This document shows, in pieces, positions 38,868 to 51,143 of a stretch of DNA of 64,000 bases (the first letter of the stretch is position 1; every line of letters begins with the position of its first letter). Source of the stretch: Stegostoma tigrinum (Eukaryota). The DNA lies in NCBI RefSeq assembly GCF_030684315.1, contig NC_081362.1:67566897-67630896 (forward strand), in the 5' to 3' direction. A program made the translations under genes and the position numbers. The notes under the pieces were generated by a model. It saw only the letters and a program-made list of their open reading frames with translations, was not told where the DNA came from and ran no database searches.

Positions 38868-39107
38868 GGAGGAAGGTATAGGGGAGATGTCAGAGATAGA
38901 TTCTTCACACAGAGAGTGGTGGGCGTGTGGAATGCGCTGCCGGCAGTGGTAGTGGAGTCAGATCATTTAGACACTTTAAAGCAACTCTTGGATAGGCATA
39001 TGGAGGATAGTAAAATGTAGGGTATGCAGGGTAGATTGATCTTAGTAGGATAAAAGGTCGGCACAACATTGTGGGCTGAAGGGCCTGTACTGTTCGATGT
39101 TCAATGT
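38868..39107 (+). mobile_element. CR1 (HER1-like) 3' end
   Basis: Contains gatgtcagagatagattcttcacacagagagtggtggg and ends with ggtcggcacaacattgtgggctgaagggcctgtactgttc. Confidence 0.85.
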
Positions 39108-39596
39108 TTAATAAGGAATTCCAATTTTGATAACTGGGGAACTCCACGATAAACTTTCCTCCGTTACCAAACCTATCCTATTCAGTACTATCCAAATTTT
39201 CTTTCTTAGACTTCTTTATAATCTAATATTTTACTGACTTTTTTCTATTCATTAAGCTACAACTTTGCACACAAGTCTGTTCAGCAGCATTGTCAAATAC
39301 CTTATGTTGGTCCATACACAAAACAACAAAAGCATTGCCCCATCAACCTTCTCTGTTACATCCTCAAAAAAATACAAGTTACTTAAATCTAACTTACCAG
39401 TGCAACTTTATTCAACAAGATTTGCTCTTACATTATATGACAGAAAAGGAAAAAGAAGAATATGTTAAAAATTGAGATAAGGTAGATAGAAGGGGAGGTG
39501 ATTCATGTTGTGCCTAAACATCAACATACAGTAGTTAGGTCAACAGAAGGCAAGAGGTTAAATGGCCTGATATGCTTCTATTAGATTCTAATAGAA

Positions 39597-39875
39597 GGGT
39601 GGCATGGTGGCTCAGTGGTTAGCACTGCAGCCTCATAGCGCCAGGGACCCGGGTTTGATTCCCACCTGTTTGCACATTCTCCCCGTGTCCGTGTGGGTTT
39701 CCTCCCACAGCCCAAAGATGTGCAGGTTAGGTGGACTGGCCATGCTAAATTGCCCGTAATGTTCAGGGGTGTGTGGGTTATGGGGGGATGGGTCTGGGTG
39801 GGATGCTTCAAGGGGCGGTGTGGACTTGTTGGGCCAAAGGGCCTGTTTCCACACTGTACGGCATCTAATCTAATC
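39597..39875 (+). mobile_element. HE1-type (V-SINE) SINE
   Basis: tRNA head ggtggctcagtggttagcactgcagcctca, B-box gggtttgattcc, V-domain tttgcacattctccccgtgtc, and a (tctaa)n tail. Confidence 0.92.
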
Positions 39876-41281
39876 AGTGGGACTTTAAAGCATCTTAGTG
39901 TCTTTTCCATTTTGTCAGATTATTATGCGCATCTGTCTTGATATTTTTTCTACCATGCCAACTTTCACTAATTTGTCACTAAAAAGACCTCATCCTTTTT
40001 GCTAAATCACAAGGATACTCTTCTTTGTGGCCCTATTATTCAAATCTTCCCTATGGACTTTAGCATCATCTCACTTTTTGACTTCTACATAGTCTTTTGA
40101 ACTGCATACCAAGTTCGTTCTTAATTATGAAGAACAGTTAATCAATACTCTGGTGATCAGAAACATCCTTATGAATGAAGATTTGTTCCAACACTGTTCC
40201 CATCAGTGACAGGCAGATTTTCAAGAGGAAAGAGAAAAAGAGGAATGGTCAGGTAAGTAAAATACTCATTCTTTAGTAGTTAACAACTGCCCATCTACAT
40301 GTTGAAAATATTTGATGCAGAATGGAGCATGTTAGGCACGAGCAGAGCTCCATGTCGGTATCTTGCAATATTAAATGTGTGAACAAACTTTGAAGAAAAG
40401 TGGTAACAGCAGAAAAAAATAAATTGTCACTGATAAAACTCACAGCACATTAGTTTATTTCTTCCTAAATCAATAATTACCTCAACTCCAGCTTTTAAAA
40501 ATATGCTACGTATCACTTCTTGCTACACAGGAAAACAATGGAGACATGAGTGATTTTTATCTATTTTAATTGATTTGAAGGTAAATGAGGTGAGATAAAT
40601 AAAACTCTACATTTAAACCTTCAGGTAAAATGAAAAGTGTCTGGAGTCCATTTTATGAAAAGATTAATTTATTTTGAAAATCCGTACCTCCATTTTGGTG
40701 ATGTTGAATTCAATAATCAGCATAGTTTCCCTGGGGTTAGATAGCCTCATTTTGGATCACAAGTCATTCAGATTATCCAGTTTCATGGATCGAGGAGATT
40801 TAATTCAAAAGGCTTCTATTTTTCCTTTTTTATATTATTTGGGGTAAACATTTGACAACTGTTAAATACTTTCAGAAAGGGGTATTATTTCATCACCACA
40901 AAATAAAGAGTCCTTTCCTTTTCTGTTAGTACTGGGCGGATGGAGAAGTGGGTAAAGAGAGAATAGTTTTCAATATTTCAATTCAATAATAGTATCCAAT
41001 TATTTAGGAAATTTGAGAAGTCAGTGAGACGAAGTATCATTGCTACATTATCATTTGATACTAAGTTGGTGACAGGATTGAATTCTTGAATTAGGAAACA
41101 ACACTGTTACAGTCAAAGGTACAGTGACTTAAACATGTCAGCTTTAAAAATCATTTGGATTTTTTACAAACATTTTTCAGAAAACGCTGCAGCTACATGA
41201 CCTTATCAACAACTAATTATCTGTACAATAACATAAAACAGTGGTCCAAGGCACTGTATACCATTTGAAACCAAGCCACAT

Positions 41282-41680
41282 GGGAAATGGTGGCAGTGTG
41301 ATAATGTCACTGGACCCATAATAGAGGGGGCCAGGATTAATGCTCTGGGGTTTGGGGTTCAAATCCTACCACTGGAGCTGGTGGAATTTAGATTTAGTTC
41401 ATTTGTCTGAAATATAAAGCTAGTCTCAGTGATAGAGATGGTGACAATGAAACAATCAATTGTGTAAGACCCATCTGGTTTACAATTGCCCTTCAAGGAA
41501 GGAATCTGGCATCCTTATCCAATCCGTTCTACACGTGACATTAGCCCCACATCAACGTGGTTGCCTCTCAACTATCCTCTGCAAAGACCTTGCAAGCACT
41601 CAGGTGAAGTGTAACTAGAGATGGTCAACAAACATTAGCTTTGCTATTGAGTCTCTAATCCCATGAAAGCATAAAAGAAA
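41282..41680 (+). mobile_element. tRNA-derived SINE (same family as 147-515)
   Basis: B-box ggttcaaatcc, body acccatctggtttacaattgcccttcaaggaaggaatct, tail atcccatgaaagcataaaagaaaa. Confidence 0.75.
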
Positions 41681-41829
41681 AATATTAAAGGGGATACTAG
41701 GCAGATGACCAAAAGTTTTATCAAAGAAGTGGTTATGAGGAGCTCCTTCAAGAAAGAAAGGCAGCCTAAGAGGTTAAAGGAGGAAATTAGCAAGATATAG
41801 AATCCAGATGCACTGTTTGATCCACTGAG

Positions 41830-43090
41830 CTTACTCTGCCACTCAAACCGCTTTAATTAATCTTCTACCTCCAAACTTCCTGTATATCTCCACATCCCTC
41901 AATGCCCGAATTGCGTCATCATCTGAAATGAGTATACTCAACAACTGAGCACTCGCTGTTCTCAAGTAGAAAATTTCAAAAATTTAGAGCACTTGAGAAA
42001 GAATTGCTTCCTAAGACAGTGCTCTCATTCCAGGAATCACTCTAATGAAACCCTGTTGCACTACTTCGCTAGCAAGTATGTATTTGCTTAAGTTCCTTAG
42101 GTACTGAAATCTAAGTTGCACATATGTATAATCTTATCAATGCCCAATACATAAATGTAGAAAAACTTCTTTACTTTTGTAATCTAATCATTTTGGAACA
42201 AAAAGTACCATATAGTTTAGGTTCTTAATTGCTTCTTGTACTTCTTTGTTAATTTTCTTTGATTCACATACAAGGTCAGCCACATCGTTCTGAATGCACA
42301 CAGTTCCAATTTTAAAAATATTGTGCTTCTTTATTTGCTTTAGCAGAGGTAATAACATTCACTTTGACATATTGCATTCCATCTTCCATGTTCTTGTCCA
42401 CTCCTCCAATCTGTTTCTATCCCTCTGCAACCTTTTTGTGTCCTTCTCACCAGATTGTGAATAAGCGAACACGGAGTAATTACTCGGGATCCCCTCATCT
42501 AAGCCATCAATGTGATTATAAAAAGCTAACGCCCAAATAGTGATCTTCTGAAGCCCTGTCAGCTAGAGTCAGCAAATACAAAAATGTCCTATTTATTCTT
42601 ACTCACTGTTTCCTGTCCCCTGGTTCTTGACTTCAACGTCCACAGGAACCGCTTCTGTCTCTCTACTTTGTCTGGACTATGATTTGCCACCATAAAATCT
42701 CGATCTTCTCCTCTCTGAGAAAATTTTTTTTTCACCAATCTATGTATAAATATACGATGCTTTATCAAACACCTTTCTGAAGTCCATGTACACCGCATCA
42801 GCTGTATTACCCTCATCAACCCCCTCTGCTGCCTTGAAGAATTCCAAGTAGGTAAACATAATTTGACTTAATAAAGCTGTCATTTCAAAATGCATTTTTT
42901 TAACTGCATGCCATTGATAGATTTTAGTATTTGGCCCACCACTGATGTTAAGTACACTGGTGGATGGTTCCCTGTTCAATTTTATCTTCATCCTATCTTA
43001 TAACGTGGTGCAATGTTTGCTACCTTACAAACCTAGGGAGCTGTTCAAATAGGGAATACTGGAAGATCAAAATAAACATATTGCTGCCAC
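41830..43090 (-). mobile_element. CR1 LINE fragment, old
   Basis: ORF 42740..42991 LEFFKAAEGVDEGNTADAVYMDFRKVFDK. Confidence 0.7.
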
Positions 43091-43129
43091 TGCCTCTTTT
43101 AAATGTTTCACTTATACCTGCCTCTACCT

Positions 43130-44380
43130 CTTCCCCTAGCAGTCCGACATCAATGGTGTTGGAGGGGATTCTGAGAGACAGGATTTACATGCATTTGGAG
43201 GGGGAAGGATGGATTAGGGATTGACAACGTTGCTTTGTGCATGGAAAATAGAATAGAATTAGGGCGGCATGGTGGCTCAGTGGTTAGCACTGCAGCTTCA
43301 CAGCACCAGGAACCCGGGTTTGATTCCAAACTCAGGCAACTGCCTGTGTGGAGTTTGCACATTCTCCCTGTGTCTGCATGGGTTTTCTCCGGGTGCTCCA
43401 GTTTCCTCCCACAGTCCAAAGATGTGCAGGCTAGGTGGATCGACCATGCTAAATTGCCAGTGTTCAGGGGTGTGTGGGTTATAGGGGGATGGGTCTGGGT
43501 GGGATGCTTCAAGGGGCTATGTGGACTTGGTGAGCTGAAGGGCCTGTTTCCACACTGTAGGGAATCTAATCTAATCTAACCTAATCAGAATACCCTTTGT
43601 TGTCACATGTACTCCAGCACAGAAATGCAGGAGTACAGTGAGAAGTTTTACAATATTGCCTCTTATGACATCATCTTAGGTACAAGTATCTAGGCACAAA
43701 CCTTCGATACAAAAGAAGAATACAAATAAAAGTTGTTGCATTACTTTACAGCGTTTAAAGAATAAGTTAGAAATAAGGCATCGTCAAAGAATTGACATTA
43801 CAGTCAGATAAAAATCAAAATTCCAAATAAACAGTACATTGCAGCAGCTCTGTGCAGGGGCTTCCCCTGTGATCTGACCGCCCACACCAGCTGCCAGTCC
43901 AACAAGCAGCCCTGCTTGATTCCAGGCCTCCAGTCTCCTCCGTACCAGCTCTTAACTGCTCCAAGGTAAGTTTCACATGCTGATGCTTCTCCATGCCAGC
44001 CCTCCAACCAGGCCTGCCTCCCCCATGCTGGCTGCCGCTCTGGGGCTATTTCCCTGCATCGGCCACTTCTCCAGGACTATTTCCCACGTCTCACAAATTT
44101 GACTGAGAAGTTTTTTTGAGGATGTGACAAAGATGACAAAAGAGGGTAGATCGTTAGATAGTGTTCAAATGGACTTTAGTTAGGCCTTTGATAATGTTCT
44201 GCACGATAGACTGGTTCGTAAAGTTAGATCATACAGGGTTCAGGGAGAGCTTGCCAATTGGGTAAAAAATTGGCTCAATAGTTAGAGACAAGGTGGTGGT
44301 GGAGGGGTTGCTTTTCAGACTATAGGCCTGTAACCAGCGGTGTTCCACAGGAACCAGATCCATTGTTGTTTGTAATGTAT
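43130..44380 (+). mobile_element. CR1 RT fragment (43130-43250 and 44088-44380) split by a compound insertion
   Basis: LEGILRDRIYMHLE...FVHGK continues after the insert as LTNL.E.FFEDVTK...MDFS.AFD...PVTSGVPQ. Confidence 0.8.
43262..43586 (+). mobile_element. HE1-type (V-SINE) SINE, full length
   Basis: Head gggcggcatggtggctcagtggttagcactgcag, complete V-domain, and a (tctaa)n tail. Confidence 0.93.
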
Positions 44381-44384
44381 TGTC

Positions 44385-45770
44385 CTTTAACATGATGAAC
44401 TTCTCCAAGGTGCTTCACAGAAGTTAGAAAACAAGTTACAAAACAAACATGAAACCTAGTCAAATAAGGAGGTATTGCGCAAAATGATTAAGAGTTTGGT
44501 CAAAGAAATGTTTTACGCAATGTCTTAAACATATACCGGATGCTCTGCTAAGCATTTTCTGCATTTCTTGCTCACTATGTATCAACCACCTGTATTCAAT
44601 AAGCATCTTTAAGTATAAGTATCTTGCTCTACAGATGAAATAAAGTTCATCACAGGGAGAAGACTAAAAACTTGGTCAGAGTTAGGTTTTACAGGGGTAC
44701 TTTAAAGAAAGTATGTTAAAAAATCAGAGCTGTTTAGGGAGTAAATTCCAGAGTTTAGGGCTTAGGTAACTGAAGATGCACTTAGCAATTAAAATTGACA
44801 ATGTTCAATTCACTTGAATGAAGGGTCAAGATTCCTTGGAGTATTTTGGGATTGGAGAAGGAAAACAAGCCCGATAACATTCAAAATTAAGGTGCTGTTT
44901 AACCAGGAGGCAAAATAGAGCAGCCAGTATGGGGATCAGGGTGGTATCTGGTGTAAGGATGGACATTAGTAACAGTTTTGTCTGACCTAAAGTTTACTAA
45001 TCAAATTTATAAGTGAAACAGCCATTTGAAAGGATTTCAGCAGAAGATGAGCTGAGGCAGCGGCAAAGTCCTACAATATTATGATGATGGAAACTGGCGA
45101 CCTAGTGACGGCATGGAAGTAGTCAAAAAGCTCTCCTCAGGGACAAATTTCACATCAAGATTGTAATCAGATTGGTTCTGATAGTTGCTTGAGCAGGAAT
45201 GAAGGCAGTGGTTAGATAAAAGAGCTTGGAATGGGGGCTGCAGACAATGACTTGAGTCTTCTCAATATTTGAAGAAATGAACTTTCCGCTCATCCAGTCC
45301 TGGACATCAGGCAAGTTGCACAGCAGAAGGATCTACAGATGTGGCAATGAGGCAGAGCTGAACATAATAAACATATACAGGGAAACTGGCAGTTTCTGGC
45401 AAAGGTTATCAATGAACAACACAGAGGTGAGAATTAAAAGGGGTCTAAGGGTAGAACCCTGTGCACAGCAGAGAGGGAGAAGGCATTGGTCTCTGCAAAT
45501 CACTAGACGCATAACTAAAAAGAGGCCCAAATGAGTGCAGTGCCATGAACTGGCTGGCACAGGAAAACTGTCTAATCAACGGTTTTAAAGACTGCAGACA
45601 AACTGAGGAACATCAGCATATCTTTCGCACAGTTACGTAAGAGTATTTTTAAGCACCATTTTGGTTCAGCAGCGAGATAATCTGATTGCAAAGATTTTAA
45701 ATGAAGCTCTGGGACAGATAGGTATGGAAAGGTGATGCTATGGTCCAGGACGTGGGAGACGAACTGTTCT
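44385..45770 (-). mobile_element. L2-like LINE remnants (similar at about 52640-53460 and 32740-33290)
   Basis: Contains caaggtgcttcacag and tttagggagtaaattccagagtttagggcttagg (reverse of P.LWN.LP). ORF 45333 QGSTLRPLL resembles PQGS.LGPLLF. Confidence 0.6.
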
Positions 45771-46197
45771 AGATCTATTAATGAATCTTAATCTGATGTA
45801 ACATAATTTTTTAAAAAATTAATTTCTTCCCTCTTGAAAGCAGAGATCCATTTGTACAGTATGGTAGGATCCACGGGCACTGCAAGATCCCTACTTTGAG
45901 ATGAGTAGGTTTTATTCATAAATGAGCTTAGACGATGAACCTCATAATTTATTTGATTTTGGAAGATAGGAAACCAAAGTTAAATCCCACACTGCCTTCA
46001 CCAGTTGGGCTCAATGGGAAGCAAAGGCACTCAACTGTATTCTCTCTAAATCAATCTCTGCTATCAGTTATAGCTACTGAAGTCTTTGCTAAAGGTAGTT
46101 TTGCACAGGTCAGAAACTGCATGAGCTATCTACCTAGTATGTATTGCTTACTTTAGTAAACTTGATGAGCTACTGTTGGGAAGCTCACATAATAATT

Positions 46198-47810
46198 TCC
46201 AGTGATCCCAGCATTACAGATACCAGTCTTCAACCAATTCAATGCACTCCATATTCAAGAAACGGTTCGAGGCACCGTATTCTGAAAAGGCTATGGGCCC
46301 TGACAACATTCCGGCAATTGTACTGAAGACTTCTGCTCCAGTGCCACTCCTCTCACCAAGCTCTTCCAACAACACAGGAATCTATCCAACAATGTGGAAA
46401 ATTACTGAGGTATGTCCCATTTATAAAAAGCAGGACAAAGCCAACCTGGTCAATTACCGCCCCATCAGTCTACTCTCAATCATTAGCGACGAGATGGAAA
46501 GTGTCATCAACAGCGCTATCAATTTGCTCCGGCTCTGCAACAACCCATTCAGTGTCACTCAGTTTGGGTTCTGCCAGGGCCACTCAGCTTCTGACCTCAT
46601 TACAGCCTTGGTTCAAATTGTACCAACGAGCTGAATTCAAGGGGGGAGGTGAGAGTTACAGCCCTTGACATCAAGACTGCATTCAGCCGAGTGTAGCATC
46701 AAAGGAGCCCGAGCAAAACTGGAATCAATAGCTGTCAGAAGGCAAAGTCTCCAATGGTTGGAGTCATACCTGATGAATAGGAAGACAGTCGTGATTGTTG
46801 TGGATCAGTCATCTCAGCTCCAGGACATCTCTGCAGGAATTCTTCAGGATAGTGTCCTAGGTCCAACCATCTTCAGTTGCTTCATCAATGACTGCCCCTC
46901 CATCACAGGGTCAGAAGTAGGGATGTTTGCCGATGATTGCACAATGTTCAGCACCATTTGCGATCCTTAGATACTGATGCCATCCATTTTCAAATACAAC
47001 AAGATCTGGGCAATATCCAGGCTTGGCTGACAGGTGGCAAAGAATATTTGCACCACACAAACGCCAGGCTATAACTATCACAAATAAGAGACAATCTATC
47101 CACCATCTCTTAACATTCAATGGTGCTACCATCACGGAATCCTCCACTATTAACATCCTGGGGGTTATCATTGACCAAAAACTCAACTGGACTCACCACA
47201 TAAACATTGTGGTTACTAGAGCAGCTCAGAGGCTAGGAATACTGTGGTGAGTAACTCATCTCCTGATTCACCAAAGCTTGTCCACAAGTCAGCAGTGTGA
47301 TGGAAAAACTCCCCATTTGCTTGGGTGAGTGCAGCCCCAACAACACTTAAGAAGCTTGACACCATCCAGGACACAGCAACCAGCTTGATTGGCACTCCAT
47401 CCATAAGCATGTACTCTCTTCACCTCAGACACTCAATAGCAGCAGTGTACTATCTACTAGACACACTGTCGAAATTCATCAAACAGCACTTTCCAAACCC
47501 ACAACCACTTTGAACTAGAAGACCAAGGGCAGCAGATACATGGGAACACCACCACCTTCAAGTTTCCCTCCAAGCCACTCACCATCCCGACTTGGAAATA
47601 TATCGCCATTCCTTCACTGTGACTGGGTCAGGATTCTGGAATTCCCTCCCTAATGGCATTGTGGGTCAACCCACATCAGGTAGACTACAGCCATTCGAAG
47701 AAGACAGCTCACCAGCACCTTCTCAAGGGCATCTGGGGATGGGCAATAAATGTTGCCCAGCGAGAGATGCTATATCCCACAAACGAATAAAGAAATTGAA
47801 AAAAAAATTA
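46198..47810 (+). mobile_element. CR1/L2-group LINE, 5'-truncated RT to 3' end
   Basis: ORFs KAMGPDNIPAIVLK...NYRPISLLSIIS...QFGFCQGHS and QDSVLGPTIFSCFIND...MFADDCT; A-rich tail. Confidence 0.92.
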
Positions 47811-48244
47811 ATTGTTTTTGAGTGTGCAGACAATTTATTTCTTTTGCATGACTGTATGTCCATAAAGTACTGACTTTCATAAAGACTACCCAAAGACTTT
47901 TGGATAGCCTGTTGCTCGGCTAACAGGGTACATTGTACGTGGCTTCTTCAAACAGGAATATAAATTATCAGCACGGTTAAGAAACTTACTGAAGAAAATT
48001 CTAAATAGTCTGAACAATCAGACCGCCATCAAAATTTAAGGCAATTGTCCAATCTTTGGGACGTACTGATAAAATATGGATTAGAAGTGTTATCAGAGTC
48101 GCTCATCTGTATTATGACACAGTAAGTCAGAACCTGTCCATAACACGTTATCACTGAATCTTGGCTGTGAGATTTCCTTTTTCACCATTTAGAAGAGTAT
48201 ATGTCAGACTTCTAAAGGCATTAGATTGCAGAAAAATATTGAAA

Positions 48245-48385
48245 CAATAGTTCTAAAGGATGGTCACTGAACCCAAAATGTTAAGGCTGTTTTCTCTCTA
48301 AAGATGCTACCAGACCTATTAAGTTTTTCCAATAACTTCTGCTTTAGTTTCCGAATTCCAACATCCATAGTTCTTTGTTTTTCTA
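48245..48385 (+). mobile_element. Decayed Penelope pseudo-LTR remnant of another family (similar at about 32570-32705)
   Basis: gttctaaaggatggtcactgaacccaaaatgttaag...gatgctaccagacctattaagtttttcca resembles an eroded CTGAAGA-stem-GAAACGTT terminus. Confidence 0.5.
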
Positions 48386-48430
48386 TTATTTTGTTTTACA
48401 GCTTGGCTCACGTGCCAAATGCTTCCTTTA

Positions 48431-48847
48431 AGGTTCTTGAGTAGATTTGTAGCTTGGGTTGTGGATGCTGTGGTTGGTTCGCTCGCTGAGCTGTTTCATT
48501 AGTTCACCTCATCTCCATTCACACAAATAAGGAGAACCACAAGTTTGATTGGGAGAACACCAGGATCCTAGGACAGGCCAAACAGTGACAAGCACAGCAA
48601 TTTCTAGAGGCCGGGTTCTCCACCAAGAAGGCCATTGACTAACACATAGAACTAGATCCTATATATACACCATTGAGAAGGAAAACTGTAAATTAGGTAA
48701 TCAAAATCATTGGACCCTAGAGTTTAAACAAGAGGTGGAAAAACACAACAGTGCTTCATCAGAGGCTGCACTGATGATGTTACCCAGCAGGGTGATGAAA
48801 CATCTGCAAACTAACGGACCAGCTCGGCGAGCCAACCAACCACAGCA
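48431..48847 (+). mobile_element. Penelope-like element 3' end (family D) with an inverted tail-bearing arm and hammerhead motif
   Basis: Encodes HTNKENHKFDWENTRILGQA...FLEA...IELDPIYTPL (GIY-YIG C-terminus). 48466-48504 is the inverted copy of 48809-48847. TSD tgcttccttt (48420-48429, 48850-48859). Confidence 0.9.
48767..48808 (+). ncRNA. Minimal type I hammerhead ribozyme motif (PLE-associated)
   Basis: TGCA-CTGATGA-T-GTTACCC-agca-GGGTGAT-GAAAC-ATC-TGCA gives a 4-bp stem I, a 7-bp stem II, the conserved core and a NUH triplet. Confidence 0.75.
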
Positions 48848-50424
48848 AGTGCTTCCTTTGTTGTGAAGAGCAGGGCTTGAACATCAACATCCTTTCTTTG
48901 AATTGACAAGAACACCTTTTCCAATGGCTTTGGGGATCATGATTTATTCTCAATTTGCAAGTGACCCTTCTTTAGAACTATTGTTTCTGTTGTTATTTCT
49001 ACAATTTAATGCCTTTTGAAGTCTGCCACATACTCTTCTAATAGTCAATAAGCCACAATAATACATCATCCCACAATCTTCACAACTCAGACACTGAAGA
49101 GTTCACAAAAAGAAAAAGTGCCTAGGCACATGTTTTAAGATTTCCTTTCTATCTGATCTTGTGTCTGAAAGTTATGCTGCTGCAAAACACACTGCCTATA
49201 GGCAGACCAAAGGCCTGATTGAAAAAAAATTGATAAGCTAGCTATAGAATCTTTCAAAAAAAGAATATACTACAGCTTTGATACAACTTTTAAGAGGGAA
49301 TGATGACAGTATCCCAAAAAATACATGAAAAAAGCACACTACACCACTAGATACTATTTTAAAACATCCTAACGGCAAAACACCTCTTAATATATCTGCC
49401 TCATGATTCTGAATTTATTTTAAACAAAATGCTTTATAATAAATATCCTACATAGCAGTCCAGAAATTAGAGAATGTTAAAATAACAGTGCATGTGAATT
49501 GGAAGGGGAAAATCAGAATCAGCTTAAATTGCTTATTTTCCACCTTTTCTAAAAAAAAATCAAGTACAGCAAGCTAAAATCTTACAAAGCTGAACAGTCT
49601 TAATAGCTGTACATATAATATTAAGTCATGTTATAGTTTAAAATTAAGAGTTAAAATTTGACAGCTGTTATTTGAAGCCCAAAACATAGCAGGCAAATAG
49701 AGCATACAATGAAACTCAACACATTGTTCAGTCGTGTACTGAGTGAAGTTTTTAAAACATGATCTTCACAACACATTCAACTGCCTATGTCAGTTTAAGT
49801 AGTAGATTAATGTTTGTCAACAATATATCTCCTGTTAACTCCATCTGCCCATTAAAGACAAATCCAATGAGAAGTAAATAATAACTGAAGGAATGTGTTA
49901 CAAACCAAATGGTTGTGAACATGAAAAATATTCACTGCAAACCATGAGTAAGTTAATTAATAAACGGTAAGCAGAAAATAAACTTCAAAAAACATCAACC
50001 AAATGTCCCTTGTTTTTAGAAAATTAAAGAAAGAATTTTTAAAACCTATTTGAAAAGAACAAATTTTGTTAACATAATAAATTGAAGAGGTTCCAGCCAA
50101 GAAATAAGAACAAAGTACTTAGATCTTGAAGCAATGTGATCTGGAAGCAGGTGTGCTGAAATCTCGCTATCTAAATCAATAAGCAAATCTAAAACTATCC
50201 AGTCACAAAAATCCTACAGTACAATTATGTGTTTCAATCTCAAATGGAATTTTTTTTAACTATTAAGTTGAGCTGTTGCAGGTGCTAAAGCAGAGAGACC
50301 TGTGTGTATATGTATCAATCACAGAATATGGCAGGGCAGGTGGAGAGGGCAGTTAATGTACCATACAGTGCTCTCGGCTTTATTAACAGAGGTATAGAGG
50401 GGGAGGTGATGTTCAACTTGTGTA

Positions 50425-51143
50425 ATGATATGAAGGTGCCTGTGTTGGATTGGGGTGGACAAGGTCAGAAGTCACATTACAACAGGTTATAGTCCAACAG
50501 GTTTATTTGAAATCATAAGCTTTCAGAGCACTGCTCCTTCATCAGGTGAAGTCAAGAGAAGAGAAGCACACAGCACAGAATTTATAGGCAAAGAGATTAA
50601 AAAGATCACACAAATGGTGTGAGTGGAGTGTTGACAGGCTGAACAATAAGTCTCTGCTGGTAATCAAAAGTGTCAGACAATGTGAGCAAAGTGTCAACAG
50701 CTCAATAGCAAGTGAGGGGATGACCGATGATCCAATTAATTGAGGCAGAGAGCTAGTTACAAAAAAATTAAAAATACGGTGGTGCTGGAAGCAAACTAAA
50801 TGGCTGGAATAACATGAACGAAAGACATAAGAGTCGCATGCCAAGGGTCTAGGCAAAGTAACAAGTAATCCAAAACTGTAAAAATTAATTAAGATAGAGG
50901 GACCATAACAATTTATCATGGTGATGACGTCAAAACAGGACAGAAAGAAAGATTTTATAACACAGAACACTATGGTTGGCTTACATGTAGTGTGAACACA
51001 GTTAAACCTTCTTCATAAGTATGGAACGTGGTTATGTCTGCTTGGCGATTCTATATTATTTTGTATCTCAAAGGCTGCCTTAGAGGACGCTTACCCAAAG
51101 ATCGGAGGCTAAAAGTCCTTGGATGCTGAAGTGTTCCACGACC
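50425..51143 (-). mobile_element. Penelope-like element 3' end (family C) next to a CR1 fragment (50280-50424)
   Basis: The minus strand encodes VEHFSIQGLLASDLWVSVL (GIY-YIG C-terminus). The terminus has cacCTGATGAaggagcagtgctctGAAAgctt. Confidence 0.85.

Noticed and set aside
39597-39670. tRNA-like sequence (also at 43262, 25938 and 41282)
   Set aside because: These are SINE heads continuing into SINE bodies, with no complete cloverleaf.
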